A stretch of DNA of 64,000 bases from a virus (IMGVR_UViG_3300007512_001664:64001-128000), one strand, 5' to 3'; shown: positions 1 through 8,166, counted from the stretch's first letter. The notes: a model not told the origin generated them from the letters alone. Numbers and translations: made by a program.

Positions 1-396
1 GATCTGTCTTAACTCACCGGCCTTGTTTGTTATTCTGAGCATATCCTTATCTGCTGGGCATTTAAATACCCCAACAGAATGACCCACGTAAGGATAAAGG
101 GGAGTCTTTTTCAGAAACTGATCTTTATTTCCATATTTAGAGATATTTAAACTACCGGGTGCCCATGTATACTTAGAACATCTCTCATACTTCCAAGAAC
201 TTGAATATAATATTTTGTCACCGTGGTCATCGCTAAAGGTCATGTGAGCCATTTGTAGTTGTTTTTGATTACTAATGCAGGTCGCTCGTTGACTGATAGA
301 TTTTGCCTTATTAACTGCTGGTAACAGGAGCGCTGCTAGAAGTGCGATAATAGCAATAACCACTAGTAACTCAATTAGAGTAAATCCTTTTCTCAT
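1..396 (-). CDS. DUF1559 / prepilin-type N-terminal cleavage-methylation domain protein, second copy (partial, runs off the window start; missing from ORF track)
   Basis: Manual translation from CAT at 394-396: [50 protein letters not shown]...FKCPADKD. The start overlaps the stop of the upstream paralog (ATGA). Confidence 0.9.
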   Translation of the reverse strand, partial: MRKGFTLIELLVVIAIIALLAALLLPAVNKAKSISQRATCISNQKQLQMAHMTFSDDHGDKILYSSSWKYERCSKYTWAPGSLNISKYGNKDQFLKKTPLYPYVGHSVGVFKCPADKDMLRITNKAGELRQI

Positions 397-1385
397 CGAT
401 AAGGGTTCCATGTTGGATGGCTACCCCAGCTATCGTTCCAATACCAGCCCCATGAATCATACATACCTCCATCTTTTTCTCGTAGATTCCAGTCCCTATT
501 GTATCGACCTATGCCTCCCATAACACCATACCAGCGATGATTGTTAGGATCTGGTATGATCGCTCTTTCTCTTAACCAAGCTAAGTCTCTATTATTAGGA
601 CTGATTATCTTATCTTGATTGGTTGTTGGGTTCATTGCATCAGCTGATATATTTATTGTATCCTCTTCTAGCCATCGCTTAAACTCGACATGAGCATCAA
701 CAAATGAAACCACTGATCCATTATTGTGATAAACACCTGGCCAATCTTGAGAGAAGAAGCTCTCACCTCCTTTGAGAGTTGGTGCTACTCTAAAGTTACC
801 AGCATTAATTGACTGAGCTGGCATTTCAATAAAAGTAAACAACTCACTAGGGCTGTATACGTCGTCATAGGTGTGATGAACTTTAAATTGTGTATCTGAC
901 AACCATGGCCAACCTGACCAACCACCGACAAATAGGTTTACACTATAAGAACGAGGCCTATTAACAATTTCAGGTTTAAGTGTACTAGAAATTGGTCCTG
1001 GTATACGAACAGTTGACTTATCACCTGGGCAATGATATATTCCCATACCAGCGTATGGTTTTAAAGGTGAAAAGAAAAGAGGTCGGTCGCTCTGTCCCCA
1101 TGCTCCATTGCCGCTCATACTGTCAGCGACCCATGCCCACATTCCAGTAGGTTCACCTGCCCAAGCTGATGCATAAGGAAATCTATCTTCATGATCGGCT
1201 GCAAATTCAGCGAACGCGAGATTAAGCTGTCGTTGGTTATTTATGCAAGCGGCCTGCCACCCGGTTTGTTTAGCAGAGCCTAGAGCTGGTAACAATAACG
1301 CAGCTAAAATTGCTATTATCGCTATTACTACCAGTAGTTCAATAAGTGTGAACCCCCTGGTTGCTTTCGCCGCAGGCGGGGCCAT
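393..1385 (-). CDS. DUF1559 family type IV pilin-like protein with H-X9-DG-type C-terminal motif
   Basis: Class III signal RG|[42 protein letters not shown], and C-terminal [16 protein letters not shown]. This architecture is typical of Planctomycetota/Verrucomicrobiota proteins. Confidence 0.92.
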   Translation of the reverse strand: MAPPAAKATRGFTLIELLVVIAIIAILAALLLPALGSAKQTGWQAACINNQRQLNLAFAEFAADHEDRFPYASAWAGEPTGMWAWVADSMSGNGAWGQSDRPLFFSPLKPYAGMGIYHCPGDKSTVRIPGPISSTLKPEIVNRPRSYSVNLFVGGWSGWPWLSDTQFKVHHTYDDVYSPSELFTFIEMPAQSINAGNFRVAPTLKGGESFFSQDWPGVYHNNGSVVSFVDAHVEFKRWLEEDTINISADAMNPTTNQDKIISPNNRDLAWLRERAIIPDPNNHRWYGVMGGIGRYNRDWNLREKDGGMYDSWGWYWNDSWGSHPTWNPYR

Positions 1386-1393
1386 ATTATAAG

Positions 1394-1399
1394 TATTTA
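1394..1399 (-). promoter_or_regulatory. T4-type late promoter (TAAATA) for the DUF1559 pair
   Basis: ATAAATACTT on the minus strand, 8 nt before the ATG at 1385. The same motif precedes the sheath, tube and baseplate genes. Confidence 0.7.
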
Positions 1400-1426
1400 T
1401 AATGATATCTCTTTGAAACAGTCTAT

Positions 1427-1648
1427 TTATTTACTTAAATATGTAGCTATAATGGAGCAAATAAACCCTATTAGTGCTCCGCCTACTGTTCCAATCATGG
1501 CTAATTTTGAAGTTTGAGTAGCTACTTGAAGCTCTATTTTTTTCTGATTGTCTTGTAAGCGACCTATATCCCCATCGAGTCTGTGTAACTCACTGAGTAC
1601 CAACCGCCTCCACTCGGCCCAAGATCCGTTTTCTTTAGGTTCATCCAT
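1427..1648 (-). CDS. small coiled-coil protein with C-terminal transmembrane helix (holin/XhlA-like architecture)
   Basis: 73 aa with a heptad-like middle region and hydrophobic [23 protein letters not shown] at the C-terminus. Confidence 0.5.
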   Translation of the reverse strand: MDEPKENGSWAEWRRLVLSELHRLDGDIGRLQDNQKKIELQVATQTSKLAMIGTVGGALIGFICSIIATYLSK

Positions 1649-1982
1649 GCGATATAAGAGTCACTTTCTTGTGTATAAGTTTACCATCACGCCGTAAGTC
1701 TGTTACTTTAACCATGTGCTCCGTGTCGTGTATCGTAATTGTTCTAGATCGTTTATTATTCGTTAAAACATCTATACCAAGAATAGTATTTAGACCCTTA
1801 TTGTGAATTTCTTCTTTATTCACATCAAATGACCTTTGAAAATAATCGTTACACCATTTGATTCTTCCAGCCTCTGATACTAACACAATAGAATAATCAG
1901 CCTTTGTAACGTAATCTATAAAATCGTTTTCATGCAGCTCTAGCTGATGAGTCAATTTCTCTAACTTCTTTAAATTAGTCAC
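1641..1982 (-). CDS. stand-alone PAS-domain protein
   Basis: SIVLVSEAGRIKWCNDYFQRSFDVNKEEIHNKGLNTIL matches the PAS pattern (i.v.d.dG.i...N..f...fg...ee..g). GTG start with TAAATA 7 nt upstream. Confidence 0.65.
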   Translation of the reverse strand: MTNLKKLEKLTHQLELHENDFIDYVTKADYSIVLVSEAGRIKWCNDYFQRSFDVNKEEIHNKGLNTILGIDVLTNNKRSRTITIHDTEHMVKVTDLRRDGKLIHKKVTLISHG

Positions 1983-2016
1983 TTGTAATTATTTATAGAA
2001 ACGCTATAATGTATTT

Positions 2017-2343
2017 ATGCGTTACGATAACGTTGTAGATAAAGAAAATTGCTTTTCTTGCCAAAAACCAATTGAAGGTAAATGGGATAGTCAAGTTCAC
2101 CTCGGGCTAGAAACAGGTGAGTTAGACGAGAATGGTATATACAAGCACTTCATTTACGACAAGCATATAAAATGCTCTCCAAGTCGGGCGCAACGGATTA
2201 TTCATCCTGCATATCCGCAGGTGTTTGATGACAGGGAGTCGTTTGACATGAGACTGTGGACTGAGGAGAAGCGAGATAAGTTTGTCAAGATGTATACCTA
2301 CGCTTGGGTTAGACTTCAAGAGAAATATAATCCTAACTGGTAA
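2017..2343 (+). CDS. hypothetical phage protein (CxxC near N-terminus)
   Basis: ORF track. TATAAT at 2005-2010 lies just upstream. Confidence 0.6.
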   Translation: MRYDNVVDKENCFSCQKPIEGKWDSQVHLGLETGELDENGIYKHFIYDKHIKCSPSRAQRIIHPAYPQVFDDRESFDMRLWTEEKRDKFVKMYTYAWVRLQEKYNPNW

Positions 2344-2383
2344 AAAGTCTTGCTCTTATAAATTAATTATATATAATATTGTT

Positions 2384-2572
2384 ATGGTTGTTACAACGGA
2401 AGGTGAATTTAAAGAATATGTGGAGGAGATGACTGGTAATAATACTTGTCATCGTCCAGATATTAGTTGCTATGATGTTTGTGATCCTTGTCCTTATGTA
2501 AAGTACTGTTTATGTGACATGAATACACGAACTAATTCTAAAAGATACCGTAGAAAATTGAAGTATAATTAA
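2384..2572 (+). CDS. small Cys-rich hypothetical protein (start revised from 2282 to ATG 2384)
   Basis: CHRPDISCYDVCDPCPYVKYCLC. The longer ORF overlaps the previous gene. Confidence 0.5.
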   Translation: MVVTTEGEFKEYVEEMTGNNTCHRPDISCYDVCDPCPYVKYCLCDMNTRTNSKRYRRKLKYN

Positions 2573-2586
2573 TAAATATTAACGAT

Positions 2587-2955
2587 ATGAAGAAGACATT
2601 ATTGACATTAGCCGTGATCGGCTTTTTATCAACAACTACCCACGCCGGCTTTCTTGATCATTTCGGGGCTGGTTTGAAACCTGTGCCTTATTTGAAAGTT
2701 CCTCTAGTTAAGTTAGCAGTTCCTGCTCCATCTCTTGCAGTTGGGCCTAGAGCTGGAACTGAAGTAGATGGTAAAGTCTCAGGTACTGGTGCTAGTGCAG
2801 CTCTTCCATGGATTCGTGGAGGAGTTAAGTGGCCTAGCTTGACTCTGGGAGCGGGAGACGCCAAGGTGACGATTGGTCCTAAGGCTGCTAAAGGAGACGC
2901 TGCTAAGAAGAAGGCCGCAGTGGCCAAAAAGAAGAGGGCTACTAAGAAGAAGTAA
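2587..2955 (+). CDS. secreted protein with Lys/Ala-rich histone-like tail
   Basis: Signal peptide MKKTLLTLAVIGFLSTTTHA, C-terminal KAAKGDAAKKKAAVAKKKRATKKK, and TAAATA 8 nt upstream. Confidence 0.65.
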   Translation: MKKTLLTLAVIGFLSTTTHAGFLDHFGAGLKPVPYLKVPLVKLAVPAPSLAVGPRAGTEVDGKVSGTGASAALPWIRGGVKWPSLTLGAGDAKVTIGPKAAKGDAAKKKAAVAKKKRATKKK

Positions 2956-2979
2956 CCTATTCTTAATCAATAAGTGGGG

Positions 2980-3008
2980 AAAGAGCCGACCTAGGTCGGC
3001 TCTTTTTT
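2980..3008 (+). terminator. intrinsic terminator
   Basis: AAAGAGCCGAC-CTAG-GTCGGCTCTTTTTT. Confidence 0.85.
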
Positions 3009-3045
3009 ATGTTTTTTCGTAAGGAATTCAATAAATAATATACGT

Positions 3046-3336
3046 ATGAAAAAGTTAACTAATGTCGGTGTAGTCTCCGCAGCAAATGTTTTAGGCGTGC
3101 TGGGAGCTCTTACTGGTCTAGTCAAGGTTACCATTTTACCTGTACTTGCTGTCATCGCAGCAGGTAACTTAGGTGATATAGATGCTGCTGTTAAAACAAT
3201 TGGTGAAGCTGCATCAAAAAATGTAGGTGATGTTGTTACATTTGCCGTGGTAGGATGGTTAGGTGGTGCTGTTTGGGCATGGCTGCTCAATTTATCATTG
3301 AAATGGACAAAGGGTCTAAGCTGGACAGTTAAGTAA
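3046..3336 (+). CDS. small integral membrane protein (2 TM)
   Basis: Two long hydrophobic segments, TAAATA 8 nt upstream, flanked by terminators. Confidence 0.65.
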   Translation: MKKLTNVGVVSAANVLGVLGALTGLVKVTILPVLAVIAAGNLGDIDAAVKTIGEAASKNVGDVVTFAVVGWLGGAVWAWLLNLSLKWTKGLSWTVK

Positions 3337-3353
3337 GAAACACTTAGAAAATC

Positions 3354-3388
3354 GAAAGAGCCGATCTTATTGGTCGGCTCTTTTTTTT
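3354..3388 (+). terminator. intrinsic terminator, same stem family as 2980-3008
   Basis: GAAAGAGCCGA-TCTTATTGG-TCGGCTCTTTTTTTT. Confidence 0.85.
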
Positions 3389-3403
3389 CGCGATAATTTA
3401 AAG

Positions 3404-3432
3404 TTGCATTTTTAATTATCGCATACTATAAT
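3404..3432 (+). promoter_or_regulatory. sigma70-type early promoter
   Basis: TTGCAT-17 nt-TATAAT, with the ATG 7 nt after the -10 box. Confidence 0.75.
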
Positions 3433-3439
3433 ATCCGCT

Positions 3440-3682
3440 ATGAAAGACTTCTTAAGTTACAAATCTATGATAACTCCGGGAATTATAAAGATCCTGAGCT
3501 ATCTCGGAATGGTGGGTGCTATTATTTTTGGTATTTTCGCCATAGCCGCGGAACCACTTACTGGTGTTGGGCTTGTTATTTTAGGACCAGTAGCAGTTCG
3601 TATTCAAGCTGAATTGATATTAGTCATGTTCGAGATTCATGCCGAACTCAAAAAGCTAAATCACGGCATTAGGAAAAAGTAG
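3440..3682 (+). CDS. DUF4282-like small membrane protein
   Basis: FLSYKSMITPGIIKILSYL...GPVAVRIQAELILVMFEIHAELKKL matches the DUF4282 pattern (F..fitp.iik.ly...Ri..El.iv.F.I.e.L). Confidence 0.7.
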   Translation: MKDFLSYKSMITPGIIKILSYLGMVGAIIFGIFAIAAEPLTGVGLVILGPVAVRIQAELILVMFEIHAELKKLNHGIRKK

Positions 3683-4495
3683 ATGAAAGATCTATTTCGT
3701 CCTGGTCCATTCGAATATAGAATGGGACTTAGTAAAGGGAAGGCTGAAGACTTCTTTAAACATGACCCAGAGGACGAAATAGTTCTAAAAGAACGAAAAC
3801 AAATACTTTCTGAACACCCAGAAAGACATTGTGATTTGTTAGACGAAGGTAGAGATTCCCTAGAGGAATTCAATGAATTGTTAGTACTGTGGGGAATCAT
3901 ACCTTCGTCTCTACCTTTAAAGCAATTAGGTGAATCAATTTCACCTGATATTCTTTTTATGAAAGGAGACACTCTCCTTGGAGGGTGTGTCTGTTTTCCG
4001 TCTTCATGGGCTTTTGAAGATAAAGTAGGGAAGTCTTTAGATTGGATTCATGGAGCAGTACCTACATTAAATGAAAAATTTGCTGATAAGATTGCGCATT
4101 TTATTAATAAGATACCTAGAGATATAGGATGGTTGCGGAGTAATTGGGGGCTCTCGGGAGATAATTTATTGAATCATCACCCTGCATTAAACTTACCACA
4201 ATTAACAGAGAGCACAAGTATGAATGATATTTGGTTTAGAGTTGAAAGGCAATTATTATTTTCTCTCCCTAAAACACAAAGTGTTCTATTTGGAATTAGG
4301 GTACAAAATTACCCTCTTTTTGAGGCTGTCGAAGATGAAGAAGTTAAGACTGGTCTACTCGAAGCATTAAAAACTATGCCAAAAGAAATCGCAAAGTATA
4401 AAAATATAAATCGAGTTCAAGATTCTATTATAAATCATTTAACAGGTACAACTATTATTTGTAGTAATCAATTTGATAGAATATTAAGTACGTGA
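3683..4495 (+). CDS. DUF3445 / heme-dependent oxidative N-demethylase alpha-subunit-like protein
   Basis: GCVCFPSSWAFEDKVGKSLDWIHGAVP, RSNWGL, WFRVERQLLFSLPKTQSVLFGIR are characteristic DUF3445 motifs. Confidence 0.82.
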   Translation: MKDLFRPGPFEYRMGLSKGKAEDFFKHDPEDEIVLKERKQILSEHPERHCDLLDEGRDSLEEFNELLVLWGIIPSSLPLKQLGESISPDILFMKGDTLLGGCVCFPSSWAFEDKVGKSLDWIHGAVPTLNEKFADKIAHFINKIPRDIGWLRSNWGLSGDNLLNHHPALNLPQLTESTSMNDIWFRVERQLLFSLPKTQSVLFGIRVQNYPLFEAVEDEEVKTGLLEALKTMPKEIAKYKNINRVQDSIINHLTGTTIICSNQFDRILST

Positions 4496-4794
4496 TCAAG
4501 ATTATCCCAATTCACTCTATTAATAGTTATACAAGGTTGCCTTTTCTGTACTTCAGATACTCGTAGACCATAAACCTGTTCATCAGGTTCAATTAATTCA
4601 GATATAAAATCATACAAACCCGTTTGTTTAACCCATTTATAATACAGGTCTTTGTTCTGTTTTTCAGTCTCTAATAGAAATTCTGTATCTTTTTTTAAAA
4701 ATATGGACACATATAAACAAACTGATCTCAAAGCGAGGTTTTCCGATGGTGGGGTAACTATTCCCTCATAAAATATAATTGGTTTAGACATCAC
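4468..4794 (-). CDS. hypothetical phage protein
   Basis: ORF track, 108 aa, convergent with DUF3445. Confidence 0.6.
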   Translation of the reverse strand: MMSKPIIFYEGIVTPPSENLALRSVCLYVSIFLKKDTEFLLETEKQNKDLYYKWVKQTGLYDFISELIEPDEQVYGLRVSEVQKRQPCITINRVNWDNLDHVLNILSN

Positions 4795-4936
4795 TCTTTT
4801 CTTTATCTTTTTTCTTGCACTTGTCGCAAATTACTCGCATTGATTTACGTTGTTGCAAGTAATATGTATCGGGCAATACTTCCCAGGTTAATTGATATTC
4901 CGGGAACGTTTTTTTACATATAGAACACTCGCACAT
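4784..4936 (-). CDS. 50-aa zinc-finger-like micro-protein (not in ORF track)
   Basis: Manual translation MCECSICKKTFPEYQLTWEVLPDTYYLQQRKSMRVICDKCKKKDKEKSDV gives two CxxC pairs. TAAATA lies 5 nt upstream. Confidence 0.6.
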   Translation of the reverse strand: MCECSICKKTFPEYQLTWEVLPDTYYLQQRKSMRVICDKCKKKDKEKSDV

Positions 4937-4937
4937 A

Positions 4938-4947
4938 TAAATATTTA
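4938..4947. promoter_or_regulatory. palindromic TAAATATTTA giving a late-promoter motif on both strands
   Basis: Perfect 10-bp palindrome between the divergent genes starting at 4936(-) and 5003(+). Confidence 0.5.
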
Positions 4948-5002
4948 AGATAATAAGGCTGGATGATTTTTCCGGAAACCTTATAATAAATGAGTTGTTG
5001 AT

Positions 5003-5965
5003 ATGAAAACGTTTAAAGATTTTTACGAAGATAATGAAATCGCAGTAAAATACCCTTTTGATTTAGGAAACATTGAACCTTCTTTTACTAATTTTCTAGA
5101 TCGGCTAGTTGACATGCGCGCGTCTATTAAAACAATATTAGATTTAGGTGCGTTTGATTTAGGTACACAGCGTACGTTTAGTACGGTTACTGATCCTGCG
5201 ATAAATGCAGCAGTAGATTTTCATGAAGCCCTACAAACATTTGTCAACAGAGATGAAAAGGGTCAAGGTCCAGGTAGTTTTCGACCAAGAGTATATGAAA
5301 CAGAAGAGTTCAAACAACACAATAATTACGATGAGTATGCACAACTAGAAAAATTAAAACGTTCAGCTTTTCGTGATAGGTTTATGGCGAGGAAGGCTGA
5401 AGATAATGAAGCACTAGCCGCAGCAGAAGCTGAGTATTCACGCATAGCGGGTGCGCAGGCAGAAACTGAGTACTGGAAAGCATATAGACAAGCTAAAGAA
5501 GAGGAAGATGAATATGTAGATATTTTACACAGGTCGCCTTTAAGTCGTGAAGCGTTAAAGAATGATGGTAGTGAGGAGTATAAAAACGCCGAAGCCGCAT
5601 ATAACCATCCTAATTTTGATGTAAATGTCTATCTTAATTTAGTTAAAAAGCAGATAGAAAATATTAGAGGAGCTCTGTCTGAAGCTGGCTCTGCCGAGAC
5701 AAAACCTTTCGGCATAATCCCCGGGGAACATTTCTTTCAATTTGGTCAATGGTTAGGATATTTTATTGAGTATACAGGGCCCGATCGCAGCAAGCCTAAT
5801 TGGCATTCATTTAAAGTAACAGTGAACGATCGCGAACGTCGTCTGTGGGTGTATGAAGATAATGGACAGCTAATGGGATGGATGAGGGGGAAAGGGACTG
5901 ATAAAATAACTATATTGGATGAGGATGATCTAGATCAATACCCAGGAATAACGAAAACACACTAA
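5003..5965 (+). CDS. putative internal head protein with T4 capsid-targeting-like leader
   Basis: N-terminus MKTFKDFYE|D resembles T4 IP leaders (MKTFKEF, MKTYQEFIAE). Acidic helical body. Confidence 0.6.
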   Translation: MKTFKDFYEDNEIAVKYPFDLGNIEPSFTNFLDRLVDMRASIKTILDLGAFDLGTQRTFSTVTDPAINAAVDFHEALQTFVNRDEKGQGPGSFRPRVYETEEFKQHNNYDEYAQLEKLKRSAFRDRFMARKAEDNEALAAAEAEYSRIAGAQAETEYWKAYRQAKEEEDEYVDILHRSPLSREALKNDGSEEYKNAEAAYNHPNFDVNVYLNLVKKQIENIRGALSEAGSAETKPFGIIPGEHFFQFGQWLGYFIEYTGPDRSKPNWHSFKVTVNDRERRLWVYEDNGQLMGWMRGKGTDKITILDEDDLDQYPGITKTH

Positions 5966-5996
5966 ATGTTTTGCAATTTAAAAAGATTATACTATA

Positions 5997-6206
5997 ATGA
6001 ATGACATGAGCTTGGAGCGAAGAGTATTTATTTGTTTTGTTATTGTGGTCGCATTTTTTTGTAGTGGGTGTTCGTCAACTAAATGGAAATGGTTACCACA
6101 AGAACCATATATAGACGACCAACGCAGAAGCGAGTATTCTCGACTAGATAAAGACCGTAAAGAAGTTGGTGGTGTTCAAATAACTGTATTAAAAGCGAGT
6201 TTCTAA
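5997..6206 (+). CDS. small lipoprotein (true start probably ATG 6006)
   Basis: RRVFICFVIVVAFFCSG|C lipobox-like signal. TTGCAA...TATAAT promoter at 5971-5998 overlaps the first ATG. Confidence 0.55.
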   Translation: MNDMSLERRVFICFVIVVAFFCSGCSSTKWKWLPQEPYIDDQRRSEYSRLDKDRKEVGGVQITVLKASF

Positions 6207-6602
6207 ATGGAAGATTTTGAAAAATTTGAATTTGAAATGGGTAAGTGGTTCATGAAAGCTGTAGCGTTTATAGGCCTATTCCTCGGAATAATGTTTACCT
6301 GTTGGGCTCACGGTGCTCCCGATAAGCCAATCGATGCTGATATGGAAGTAAAGGTACCTGGATTAGTTTGTCCTTCATGTGCTATCGGTATTAAAAGAAA
6401 TCTTAAAAGAGAAGTCAACGTTAAATATATTGCGTTTGATATTATAAAGGAATTAGTTCTTATTGACTTTGTTGAGATTGAAGGATTTATTCATTATTTA
6501 AAAAATGATAAAATTATAAAATTAGTTAAAGACGCAGGATATGAGGTTTCTTCTATTAAACGCCTCGATAATAATAAACCAAATCGTTATAATAAACCCT
6601 GA
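6207..6602 (+). CDS. exported heavy-metal-associated (HMA) domain protein, CopZ/MerP-like
   Basis: Hydrophobic N-terminal segment, then VKVPGLVCPSCAIGIKRNL (GMxCxxC-like HMA motif) and C-terminal IIKLVKDAGYEV. Confidence 0.75.
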   Translation: MEDFEKFEFEMGKWFMKAVAFIGLFLGIMFTCWAHGAPDKPIDADMEVKVPGLVCPSCAIGIKRNLKREVNVKYIAFDIIKELVLIDFVEIEGFIHYLKNDKIIKLVKDAGYEVSSIKRLDNNKPNRYNKP

Positions 6603-6640
6603 ATATTTACTTTAACGGTAAAGTTTCCTCACATTTCCAA

Positions 6641-6686
6641 AACTTTACTTAAGTAAAGTTCCTAAAGTCACTATTCCTTAAGGAAT
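6641..6686. repeat. two adjacent perfect palindromes (20 bp and 14 bp)
   Basis: AACTTTACTT-AAGTAAAGTT (6641-6660) and ATTCCTT-AAGGAAT (6673-6686) in an intergenic gap. Confidence 0.85.
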
Positions 6687-6712
6687 TTGACCACTATTTC
6701 TGGAGAAAAGGC

Positions 6713-6752
6713 TTGCTGTTTTCGCAAAAGCCGCCATAATATTGGTGTTGTT
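6713..6752 (+). promoter_or_regulatory. sigma70-type early promoter with conserved ATTGGYGTTG initial sequence
   Basis: TTGCTG...CATAAT-ATTGGTGTTG, with the same downstream motif at 24676-24691. Confidence 0.6.
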
Positions 6753-7137
6753 GATGAATACGATGAATGATTATTCCAAAATATCGGCTGAGAACGTAAG
6801 TTCCAGGATGGCGACAGTTAGCGGTGAAGAAGCTTTTATGTCTGATCCAAAATTAAATACACAAACAGGGACCCTCAAATGGGGTGAGCGTAGGTTAATG
6901 GAGAATAAAGACTTTGCATTTGGAGATGTGACGGTTTATTCTGTTCCAGTTGAGGGTGAGATTGATCGAAATAAAATCCATATTGCTCTAACTAAGAAGT
7001 TTCCAGCGCAATCAGGACAAGGACGTATGAGATGGTTTACCGGTTTCGCGGTTCTTGTTAAAGGTGAGCTCGGGTTTAAGAGATCTAAGTTTGAGAATTC
7101 TGTGACAGTCGAGGAGCACTACGCGCTAGCTAATTAA
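6742..7137 (+). CDS. hypothetical early protein (true start probably ATG 6754 or 6763)
   Basis: ORF track. First gene after the promoter. Confidence 0.6.
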   Translation: MVLLMNTMNDYSKISAENVSSRMATVSGEEAFMSDPKLNTQTGTLKWGERRLMENKDFAFGDVTVYSVPVEGEIDRNKIHIALTKKFPAQSGQGRMRWFTGFAVLVKGELGFKRSKFENSVTVEEHYALAN

Positions 7138-7148
7138 GCTAGCCGCAC

Positions 7149-7179
7149 TCTCGGGATAAGCTATAATTATTGTGTTGTT
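7149..7179 (+). repeat. 31-bp direct repeat, copy 1 (early promoter core)
   Basis: TCTCGGGATAAGCTATAATTATTGTGTTGTT, identical at 7919-7949. Confidence 0.92.
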
Positions 7180-7183
7180 GAAG

Positions 7184-7345
7184 ATGATAAGAGAACGAGA
7201 AACAGTTGGATTGCTCAAAGAGAAGCAAATGATCTTTCCGGAATGGATGCAGAAAGCTGTCAAGGGATTAAAGGATAGCGATTTTGTAACAGTCATAAGA
7301 CAGCACACGCCTTTCGGATCGTTTGTGCTTGGTATTGAAAAATAA
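7184..7345 (+). CDS. 53-aa hypothetical early protein (not in ORF track)
   Basis: MIRERETVGLLKEKQMIFPEWMQKAVKGLKDSDFVTVIRQHTPFGSFVLGIEK directly after repeat copy 1. Confidence 0.6.
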   Translation: MIRERETVGLLKEKQMIFPEWMQKAVKGLKDSDFVTVIRQHTPFGSFVLGIEK

Positions 7346-7347
7346 AG

Positions 7348-7913
7348 ATGAAACTGACTTACGATAGTAACTTCGAGCGTCGTAGAGATCCGAGAGGACC
7401 TCTAGCAAAGAAAAAAGTTTATGTTGAGGGTATCGCTGAACCAGTGGAGCTTAAATTCCAAGATTGGGAGAAGCTTCCGAGTGATATCAAATTAACAAAA
7501 GGAGAGTGCAATCAGCTTTACAACATTCTTACCTGGAATTTATCCAGTCCAGAATTTAAAGTAATGCAGATTATTCGTAAGCTAGAAAAACAAATATAAA
7601 AATGAAGAATATTACCTTAACATTTGAAAGAAACGGTAGAACGGTCTGGTCAGATGGAGATGATCATTACACGTATTATGTCCACGAACCAACCATGTCG
7701 AAGTGGGAAATTCTATGGCAGTACACTCAGTGCGGTCGACATATTGGATCAATCCGTAAGAGGATTGAAGACAAATGGGAATATCAAGGTGAGGTTTTTC
7801 GCTATGAGCGATTAGAGCAAGGATTGAAAGTCGAGGTTGATCTTCTTGAAGCCGATGAGACTTATGAATCAGTCTCTCGAGCTATGTCTACCCCACCACC
7901 GGTTCTAACTTGA
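7348..7913 (+). CDS. two hypothetical early proteins (7348-7599, 7602-7913)
   Basis: Tightly packed co-oriented ORFs from the track. Confidence 0.6.
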
Positions 7914-7918
7914 CGTAT

Positions 7919-7949
7919 TCTCGGGATAAGCTATAATTATTGTGTTGTT
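7919..7949 (+). repeat. 31-bp direct repeat, copy 2 (early promoter with TTGACG at 7910-7915)
   Basis: Identical to 7149-7179. TTGACG...TATAAT. Confidence 0.92.
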
Positions 7950-7953
7950 AGAG

Positions 7954-8166
7954 ATGAGAACTTACTTTGATGCAAGACACGGAGGGCCGTATGATAGAGG
8001 TACGGCGGATAGTTGGTACAGGCGCGCACGCAATCCTCACTTCTACGAAGGGCCATCATATGACTCGCCTATAGTAGAAGAAAAGGACATGACTCCATTT
8101 GAGATCAGCGAGTACAATGCTGGTTTTGATGAGAACGAGAGTGATCCAAACGCAAGAAAGAATTAA
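7954..8166 (+). CDS. small phage protein (HGGPYDRG.ADSWY motif; start revised to ATG 7954)
   Basis: MRTYFDARHGGPYDRGTADSWYRR. The ATG follows repeat copy 2 at the same offset as 7184 follows copy 1. Confidence 0.65.
   Translation: MRTYFDARHGGPYDRGTADSWYRRARNPHFYEGPSYDSPIVEEKDMTPFEISEYNAGFDENESDPNARKN

Noticed and set aside
1-1400. DUF1559 genes as flanking host chromosome (prophage boundary)
   Set aside because: They carry the same TAAATA late-promoter spacing as the phage structural genes, and no integrase or att site is visible. A chimera cannot be fully excluded without reads.
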